A DNA stretch of 64,000 nucleotides, from assembly GCA_903813345.2 (NCBI GenBank), contig CAIIXF020000001.1:4588001-4652000 (forward strand). The letters run 5' to 3'. The position numbers and the translations under genes are program-made. Under the pieces are notes generated by a model. The model had not been told where the DNA came from, did not search any database, and saw nothing but the letters and a program-made list of their open reading frames with translations. Source of the stretch: Owenia fusiformis (taxonomy: Eukaryota). This document shows positions 55,701 to 64,000 of this stretch, in pieces. Each line of letters begins with the position of its first letter. The first letter of the stretch is position 1.

Positions 55701-57054
55701 CATTCATTTATCCAAGATGTACAAATGTCATTCGTGTGCATGAATATATTTTTCTAGACATTATGGCACAATTGTCTATAGATTTTTTTTTTCAGGTTCA
55801 TCTGCTTGCCTTTGAAGCAGTTTAAAGGAATTCTATGCGACAAAAATAACAAAATATTTTTTGATTGATAAAATCATGGATTATAAATCTGAAAGTGTTT
55901 TCTCTTCTTATAACATTGGGTAAGACTACAATATAAGTCAAAGTGGTTTAAACTTTATATTGGGACTTTAAATGAGGTGTTTGTGTGACACTTTTTCTAG
56001 ATTACATACGAAATCAATGAAGTCACATATAGTTGTAAGCTAGAGACTCGAGTAAGCTAGGAGTATTCAGTCCAAAAGTTTCTTTTTTCTTTTCCGTGAC
56101 CACTTTATTTAGTCAAGTGAACTCGACTTAATGTTGTTATTTCACGTTTCTTTTTGACGATTTGGATATTTGTTTTTTATTTTTGTTTTCAACATTTGCG
56201 TCGAGGATATTTAGCCCAGTATATTGCGGTAAATGCTTTTCTGCCCTCTATGCCCAACAAAAGTTACACAGATGAGATAATGGATCCAATGCTTCAACTA
56301 GCATGTATTAAATCTTACCTTAAATACAGGAAACACTTGATAATTGAAGAAATGTAATCATTTTCGTATATGTTTGAACCAATTTCCAATATGGCTCTCA
56401 AGGTCACTGAATACAGTCTAAATGTAAAACCATGCAACCAAAACGAAATCGTAATTATTTATTACAAACATATCTGTTTAGTGTTTTCGGTTTCTTCACC
56501 CTCTTTGGTGTCCGGAGAGGAGATAATCGCCAGAAGCCGCCTTCCTCCCCCTGTACAACTTTTTCGAGTGGAAATCTTGATCTCAATATGGCTGCCGTAG
56601 TTTATTGTAATTTCGTTTTTCGTTTCACCTAAACTTTTATTTTTACACGATCATCACCCAGAATGCATCTACACTTTGGGAAAAAAATTGTTTTCAGAAA
56701 AATACTTATACTTCTTCAATTATCAAGTGTTTGACGTGTGTAAGGTAGGATTTAATACATTATAGATGAAGAACTTATTCTAATACATCATTTGTGTGAT
56801 TTTGGTTGCCGAAACAGGCCAGGAAAGCGTTTCCCGCAATTTCCAATAAGGTAATTTTTACGACCCTAGTATGCAAGAAAATAATAGAAAATAAATATCC
56901 AAACTATCAAAAAATAACGAGAAATATAGCATACGATGGTCGGATTTATATGACTAACTTTATTAGGCGAGACTCTTGACCTCACCTTTTCTGGTTTCTT
57001 CTTCAATTTTACAAGTTCATCTCTCGTCGGTATTGTTCCTCCATCGCATCCCAT
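46739..57054 (-). CDS. RTF2: Replication termination factor 2 (RTF2/RTFDC1), 302 aa, 8 exons
   Basis: Exons 56986-57054 (MGCDGGTIPTRDELVK), 54965-55059 (WKHCAITQEPLRSPIVACELGR), 54588-54678, 53439-53575 (YICPVVGIEMNGKHK), 53160-53238 (WSCGCVVSERAIKE...CHK), 48058-48171, 47524-47569, 46739-47016 (AFKSLFTT...AHWVTMNPLYY*); 909 nt in frame, all GT-AG. Confidence 0.93.
49475..50959 (+). CDS. GCNT7: Core-2/I-branching beta-1,6-N-acetylglucosaminyltransferase family (GT14) protein, GCNT7-like, nested antisense in RTF2 intron 5
   Basis: 494-aa single coding exon; N-terminal signal anchor; EFPIAY, YCIHLDKKS, INCMRDL, WKYAINLAGTDFPLKT, WATLQR, PPC..VC motifs. Probable 5' UTR intron 49202-49442. GCNT family certain; GCNT7 assignment inferred from position and recalled sequence features. 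Confidence 0.85.
   Translation: MMLYLKRFKARMLLVTIICLSLALLMYNIFWNDPIHANPEFAKWQKIFDESNKPRGVFVAKNDSYDAIDHDDNVIDDPIDEPFISRVKQFKLNCSGIINGDAQVISETKIALHGSNKEVISSDYFITATKTCREFRKDFGYSNITVSDIEKEFPIAYILSVHHNVEQVEFLLRNIYSSQNLYCIHLDKKSTESFQDAIQYIARCFDNVMVSSKLENVVIGGPGRLKGEINCMRDLLNKDQQWKYAINLAGTDFPLKTKEEIVQHLKTLNGQNDIAGVEQFDESRTKYVHKMVGSSDNWVVAKTDELKQPPPLNISLYSGVEYYLASYKFVQHVVFDYLATSLLKWSLDTLFPEKTYWATLQRQQGTPGGTLDTTWRTMARIMKLKSTEGKYNPPCEGMYTGNVCVLGVEDLPYIANQDRLFAGKLDLYYDHYALYCMMERLAPSFRQMNKHIVADQQAIPRLLVDKPNEANNVINPGHEVVNPIRENNVVEVNL
51530..52152. repeat. Interspersed repeat with inverted termini and adjacent hairpin
   Basis: TTATTATATACCC (51530) / GGGTATATAATAA (52030-52042); internal palindrome TCTGCGCAT-CATCA-ATGCGCAGA; following ACAAATAGTGAC...GTCACTATTTGT hairpin. 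Confidence 0.5.
52947..53159. repeat. 53-bp tandem repeat x4 abutting RTF2 exon 5 donor
   Basis: ACAAACCACTATGACATGTCCTTGTGTGTATGCATATATGGAGAAACTTCCTT; CCTTAC ends at 53000, 53053, 53106, 53159. Confidence 0.93.
53857..54326. mobile_element. hAT-type MITE (470 bp)
   Basis: TIR TAGTGTTGTCGCGAT / ATCGCTACAACACTA; perfect 8-bp TSD GTTGGAAT (53849-53856, 54327-54334); subterminal CATCG/CGATG repeats. Confidence 0.9.
56110..56960. mobile_element. Old foldback-type element in RTF2 intron 1
   Basis: Diverged inverted arms, e.g. TTTGGATATTTGTTTTTTATT / AATAGAAAATAAATATCCAAA and ATTGCGGTAAATGCTTTTCTG / CAGGAAAGCGTTTCCCGCAAT; ends approximate. Confidence 0.6.
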
Positions 57055-58079
57055 GTTGGTTTAGCAATATTTCCTCAGATTTATACAGTAATTATATAAG
57101 TATTTACAAGAAAATAAAAGTTCGTAAAAACAAATAAAATGACAACTCTACTCCGAGTAGATCAGTTCGGTATTTCCGGTTTGCAATAGTCAATAATAAA
57201 ATCAATATCTAATGAATGTTTTCAATATTTATTGAATCATTATGATAAATTGTCATATCAAAAGTTGCTATTGGTCTTACAACTTCCAATAAAACCATGT
57301 TTTTTTGTAATATAAATAAAATGAGAAAGTACTAAAGTTGTGATTGTCACAGTGGAAATCAGGAATTGGGAAAAAAGGAACAGAACTTACGGTAAGTTAC
57401 CTACATATGTTTCTTTCCATATTTTCACAAATATAGGGACGTGAATGGTAAGTTTATTATTTCATACATTCATTCATAGGACCAATGAAGTAATGATTGC
57501 GTAAATTAGTAGATTGAAGCGTAAATTTGCTCTAGAAGTTGAGGTCCAAAAATAAGATAATTTTTTGAAAATATTTTTGCATTGAACTGAAGCAGTAAAC
57601 ATAAGGTGCGGATCCAGGATTTTGTGTTAGGGGGGGCGTCTTATAATAATTGTGAGCGAAGCGAACTGTGTGAGTGAGCACAGCAATCTGTTTGACTGAG
57701 CGAATCGAACGAGCGTGACAATATGAATATGGGGGAGGCAGGGAGTGTGATGCTTTTGTATTAAGTGATGATGATTTTAAAATGATTTTAGAAATTTCAC
57801 ACTACAATTCACATTCACACTACAATTGTATATACTCCGCACGCAAGCACACCTAGTACGAAATATCCTCAAGATGAGTCTGTACTGTAATAGAAGAAGA
57901 AGAAGAAGGGTCTGAAATTGAACACCATTTGCTGCATTCTGACCAATTTCAAAGCGAGAATAGACCATAAAACATGGAACCTGGCCAATCTGAGAGGAAA
58001 AAACATGGAAAATATTTCGGAGAGAGCCTTTTTGAAGTGAACTAAAACAAGGGAGTAAAATTTATTACTTTCACTCACT

Positions 58080-58720
58080 TGTCTGTCTGTCCATCCATCT
58101 GTCTGTCAACAATTGGCCTGTTTTAAAACCTCTGTCGATAGGATTTCCATTTTGAGTTATTTTCGTTTAAAGTCTACATGTATATAGAAAACCCTCCTAT
58201 GACTCCTGGTTCAAAAGCTCGCCTATTTCCAAAATGGTCGCCATTTTTGTGTTGCTATATTCACTTTTGGCCCATTTCCTAGCTTTCCAAATAATTTCAG
58301 GTGTCCTGCTTTGTAAAAAGCCATGTCACTTTAAAGAATTTTGTTTCAAAAGATCAGCAAAAAATTATATCCGTTTTTTTATTTTCAGCCATTTTAGTTA
58401 ACATTGATTTGTCCATCTGTCTCGCGAAATCCACTTTTGAACCATTTGCCTTAAAACCTCTGTTGATAGGATTCCCGCTTTAAGTTATTTTTGTTCAACA
58501 TCAATACAGAAAACTCCCCTATGACTCCTGGTTCAAAACCTCACCATTTTTGTCTCGCGAAATTCACTTTTGGCCTATTTCCTAGCTTTACAAATAATTT
58601 TAGGAGTCCTGCATTGTAAAAAGCCATGTCACTGTAAAGAGCAGTTGTATGAAATAATTTTGTGACAAAAAAATCTGCAAAAAATTATTTCCGTTTTTTA
58701 GCTCGCATGGTGAGCTTTTT
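58080..58720. repeat. Degenerate repeat fragment with microsatellite and duplicated ~300-bp unit
   Basis: (CTGT/CCAT)n at 58080-58107; AAAACCTCTGT.GATAGGATT..., CCTATGACTCCTGGTTCAAAA, TTGTAAAAAGCCATGTCACT each occur twice. Confidence 0.6.
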
Positions 58721-60823
58721 TTTATTTTCTGTAAGGTGAGATATTCTTTGAGAAAAGTGTTAATTTGGCAAAAACTATGCGCTGATGAATAAATTATTGG
58801 TCACTTTAGAAATTATGCAAAATTAAAAGACCCTGATTCTGATTCGAAATTTTATTGAGTACTTTGAATTAAAAAAATAAGTAATCAAATGACCATATTG
58901 AAACAGTATATGAAAAAGTAGAAACATATGTACAAGGCCTAACTCTTGTATATCTCAGATAATATGCAGCAAAGCTGTGGCCTTTTGTAATTTAGGGAAT
59001 TTCAGCCATGTTGATTTTTTCAAAAGTAACAACATTTTCTTATGAGTTGTAAAAAGAATACAGAAGAAACAAAACTTTTGTTTGGTACCTGTAGGCAATT
59101 TAATTTTGTTTGCAATCCTGATATAATATTTCAGCAGCTCATGCAGGACTTCTTTATAAGATCAACACAGCACTGCTATTCTGGTGATCATAGCTCATGT
59201 CTCATAAAAGTTCATATTCATATAAAATTTATCCATAATTGAGGCTATAGAAAGGAATTCAATCAATGTCCTAATTGTCCTTTTGCGCTCAAAGAGAAGT
59301 GCTTTTTGGGTTGATCGATGTTCATTGTTCCTTGTAGATTGAAAAGGCATAGTTTAGATGCCTAAAATCAGCACAATTGGTGCGATGGTGAAAAAGCTAT
59401 AGACAAATCACTATCATGTCTATACTTAAGTTAGTGGTATGTGTTTATAATCATATTGATTTGGAACACTTTTTGAAGTTCACACAAAAACTATGTGTAC
59501 TGTCTACTAAATAAGTTTATTAGCACTAGCATCAGATGCAAAAGTAATTATCTGTTGAGTTTGATAAGTTTATAAATACCAATGTCCAAAAATTATTTTA
59601 GTATATGCTTTTAGTATACATGTATACAATCTTCTTTTTATCATTAACTCTTAACCTTTCATAGCCATACTTAACAGTTGTATATTTATGAAAGAATCAT
59701 ATTGATTTAGAACATATTTACAAAAGTACATCTAAAGATATTTTTGAGATTTCCAACTTCAACTATTGCTATTTTCTGTGCAGACATGTACTGTTATTTC
59801 ATGATGGTTTGCACCAGATAACGATAAAACCATGCAGTAAATAGGAAAGAATCTAATTATAACTCAAAATATTGCAAAAAAACTTAATCTATTGGTTCTA
59901 TTTGAATTTTTGTCATCAGGCAAATTAGAAGAGAACAGTGGTAAAATTATTTGAAATTACAATTACATCATGGAAACATTTGCACATTTCATCAAAACAA
60001 GCAGAGAATTTGCTAAAAATAACTTGTGGAAATTGCTTGCCTATATGCTAATGAAACCCCCAAGGAGGATTGACTCCCAGGGTGCCAACTCAATGTTCTG
60101 CCACATATGAAGTCATGTTGTAATTTAATTCAAAATTAAACTGCCACCATTTTTTCACTTCAGAATTTCAATTGCCGTCTTGTTTCCAAACAAAGAAATT
60201 CAAAACATACAAGAAGTGATCAAGATATTAGTTTACATCTTTTGGATCGCTGATTATGAATTTGTAGTCAGTTAAAATGACATTTTCAATGTTGTCAGCA
60301 ATCAAGTTCAAAATTGAATATCCTTGTAAGGTGTAAGATAATCTTGAGATTGGGTTCAAAATTTGTTTCATTTTTTCAGAGAAAATGTTAATAAGGCACT
60401 TTGTAAGTTTAAAAACAGTTCAACATTTTTACTCGTACTTTTAAAAGAGCATGTCACCATGACTTATTGCATTTTTACTTGAGATGAGAACAAGTGGAAA
60501 GGATTACTTCTTCCCTTGGAAGAAATATCTGAATTGATATCAAAACTGCATCAATAGCTAATAGTGTGCTAATTATGATGTTTAGCTTTATATATCTCTA
60601 TATAATATAAAAATGCAGAATTCTAGGCCATGATTTCATTGTTGTTTTATCACAATATTATTCACATTTTAGGTAATTTGAGTTCAAGCTGTTAGAGCCA
60701 AGCTGCAAATGATGATTTAGAACCTGCATAAGAGCTGACGCTATATCTCATCAAAGCAATGGTTAATGTTATTGGAAAGCTGTGACACAAACCCAGTTAG
60801 GACACACTCTGTATGCCAGGACA

Positions 60824-61633
60824 ATGGTAATTTCATTTCTTCTATCGATTTTTTATTAGATTTCTAAGTTTATTGGAAGATGTAATCAGAATGGTTGGGT
60901 AATAAGAATTATTGAAGATTGATTTGGTGAATCTGGCATGACTTCATTACCCTGATGTTGTTAAGCACATTCTACAGCCTAAACTGAGTTTCCAGTATCA
61001 TTTATGCATCTTATGCTCGGAGAAATGGTGAAATTGAAGCAATTGAACTGCACAGTGAATCTAATGTTCTAGTATGCCATAGAGAATGATTAATTATACA
61101 CTCTAATTGGTTAACAAACATCCTAAAATAATTCAATATCCTAAAGTGTTTTTCTATCAATTTATTGTTCTGATCAATGATCTCCTCTTGATGTCTAATG
61201 TCTGTATACAAAAGGTGCACAAAAAGCATATTGCAGGTTCTACTTATGGGTAAAGAACAACATATTTAACTCTTGACCAAGCAATGCATGTATTTTACTA
61301 CATTTTCCTTGAGTTGAAGGATATTTCAAAAATTGTCTTCAAAATGTGCCAAAAAAGCGTTGTGAAATAATAAGTTGGCATACTGTAGTAGGTTAGCCTA
61401 TACATTTTTGGCATAATTTTAATCAAACCCTGGAGAGGTCAGTAAGTCCAGTAATGACATTACTATATAATCTAATTGCTGTTTTTGCATTTCAGGCACG
61501 ACTTCTTTATAAGATCAACATAGCGCTGCTATTTCTGGTGATCATAGCGCTATGCCTCCAGTTCAAGGTGGGGCACTTTCTCACTCAGATCTTCACCAAA
61601 CTTGAAATTCCCACAGATATAGATTCTGAAGAG
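60824..61633 (+). CDS. 5' end of an unidentified gene encoding a probable type II membrane/secreted protein (partial)
   Basis: ATG as last codon of exon 60673-60826 (GTAATT donor) joined in phase 0 to exon 61496-61633: M-ARLLYKINIALLFLVIIALCLQFKVGHFLTQIFTKLEIPTDIDSEE, strong TTTCAG acceptor and GTAAGT donor; candidate upstream non-coding exon donor GTAAGT at 57392. Confidence 0.5.
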
Positions 61634-62664
61634 GTAAGTGAAGATATATTGTTTTAGAGATATGCACATAGTACCTCCTCCCCCCACTGGAGTTCCCCAT
61701 TATGCCTGCTAATTAATTTTGGTCCCATCCATTAAATTTTATATTTCAAAGTATGATTCTAACCCAGTGATTGCACTTTATTTGCACTTAAAGTGTCCTA
61801 AAATTGGCCATGTTTCGGAAACAAAAAATTGATCAAGTTTTGTTGGATACCTCCCCACCCAGATGTGATTATGCATGTGTGTAATAATAAATTGTTGACA
61901 CTGTTTGTTTATTAGTTATAGCACAAGTTAAAGTTTTTGTAATGACAGTATTAGCTGTTTTGTTGATTCAGTTTTATGTCACTACTCAAAAAGTGGTGAC
62001 ATATTGTTGGGTCTATCTCCCAGGCTAATTATGTTAATTACGACTGTATATACAGGATATACCAAAGCGGTATTGCTCACCTGCATTGGTGGTAAACAAA
62101 ATACAATACAATACAATACAATACTACACCAGCTTCCTGAGGTGATATATCATCATGGCCTTAACTTAATGAAGTGATATATCATTATGGCTTCAACTTA
62201 ATGAGGTAACATATTATTATGGCCGCAACTTATCAAGTGTGCATTCGTTATATCCCATATATCGACCCGTCAGCTGAAATAATGGTTATCCAATTAGCAT
62301 TTGAATAGATTTCATTGCCTACTGCTGAGAAGTTTGGTAGGCACTGTTTACATAATCTTTAAATGACAGAAAATGAGGGGTATCATTCATAATACCAATA
62401 GGTTATCCTGAACTCTGTTGCTTTAATAGGTTTATTGCATGATAACCATCTCAAACTACAATCAAATGACAACATGTTCGCTGGAAACCTCTTAACATAT
62501 CTTGTACATGATCATGATATCATATCACCAATAGGTGGAATATTTTCTAGCGAACACGCACCTAGTGATATATCATTGTGGCTTCGATTGAATGATACTT
62601 ACATATTTTTAGACCTGTATAGTCAATGTAGAGACAATGTCATAAACGTGTTCAGATACATAAG

Positions 62665-62838
62665 CAGGGGTTTCATTAGCAGCAGGCAACAGGCGATTTT
62701 CACCGATTGTTTTCACAAAATCGCCGTTTTTTTTCAGGAACTTTTCAAACTTTCCAGATTGAATTTATGATTTCCATTAATTTTGCCTGTTGTTTTCATT
62801 TATCTAGCCTGTTGTGAGAAATTCTAGTGAAACCCCTG
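62665..62838. mobile_element. 174-bp MITE, copy 2
   Basis: CAGGGGTTTCATTAG / CTAGTGAAACCCCTG; CATAAG duplicated on both flanks; near-identical to 37695-37868. Confidence 0.88.
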
Positions 62839-64000
62839 CATAAGGTTTGAGTCTCTAATTCTGTTGCAACCAGGTGGTGACATCTTGTTACTATGTAACC
62901 ATGTTCAAGTTATAATTCTGTTGCTATAGTTTCATTAATGTTGCATATTTCAGCCCCAACACTGGCACAATGATAAACATGTGGTAATAATGATATCAGT
63001 CAGTTATGATTATTTAATTAACGCTTCATATCCTTTAGTGATCAATGTCTCTTTGTGCAGAATGTCTCACATTGCTGGAAATCCTTCAGTGGTCACCAAT
63101 ACCCCCCTCACCCCCAACCCAGTGCAGAATGCCCCATATAACTTGACACACTCCAGTTGTAATCTATGCCCCCAGTGCAGAATGTCCCACATTGCACATA
63201 TCCTCCAGTGGTCAATGTCCTCCAGTGATCACTATTTTCTAATAATAATAATCATAGACATCCTAAGTTGTCCTTATATCGACAATGCTGAACCATCTAG
63301 TTAAACCATCAATGCAACTTAAAGATTCGACATCGAGATTAATTAAGATACGACATCAAGATTATTTAAGATAGGCCTACGTCAAGATGATAAATTGTCC
63401 CAATATAGATAAGTTTATTATGAATGCTTTTGCTTTATTTATTTAACGAATATTTAGCTGCATGGTGCATGATTATTGCTGGATCCATTGCCAAATGTGC
63501 TGCTTGCTGTAATAAAGATGCATGCAATGAAAGGTAATTATAATAAATGTTATTTTGATTTTCAAACCAATAGGGCCTTATTTCTTTATTTTAATCAGGT
63601 TTATAACAAGCAAATGCAGTGTTTAACATGTCTGATGTAAATATATAGCTAAAGGTTTATGGAGAGGTGTTCTCATTAAGAGATTCTCAGGGAATATCTA
63701 ACAAATGTGACTGAAAATGAGTGTTTACTTGATAGAGGTAGTCACATGCACAAGTTTGACTGTACATCAAAAGGAATCTTCCATGTGCCATATAAGAGGA
63801 GATGAAAACATAATTATAGATGTGATTATGTCCAATATGGATATAGGCAACTGAACCATTACATGTTTAGAACTCCTCTGTATATTCTCAATTCCTTAGT
63901 CCATTTCTTGGCATTTTACAAGTAATAATATGACTATTATGACATGCAACTCTGTCTACATGAAAAGATTTGGAAAGAAATCTGCCTTGCCTCCCTGCCA

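Overview
AT-rich (roughly one-third GC), intron-containing eukaryotic genomic DNA, most likely from an invertebrate animal (taxon not determinable from sequence alone). Gene order: Hsc70/HSPA8 (- strand, 3' end runs off the window start; hosts a U14/SNORD14 snoRNA and other structured intronic segments) head-to-head with a complete 18-exon MCM6 (+); an intronless uncharacterised ~545-aa gene with a Cys/His-rich C-terminus (-); an 11/12-exon NIPA-like (NIPAL2/3) transporter (+); an 8-exon RTF2 (-) whose intron 5 carries a complete antisense nested core-2/I-branching GlcNAc-transferase (GCNT7-like, with substituted catalytic residues); and the 5' end of a further + strand membrane-anchored protein gene. 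Introns are dense with mobile DNA: a young 5'-truncated CR1-group LINE, nested DINE-1/HINE-type (Helentron-associated) elements with internal tandem arrays, piggyBac-, hAT-, Tc1/mariner-type and other MITEs, foldback elements and minisatellites. Exon boundaries were read by hand from splice sites, frame continuity and recognised protein motifs; no database searches were possible.
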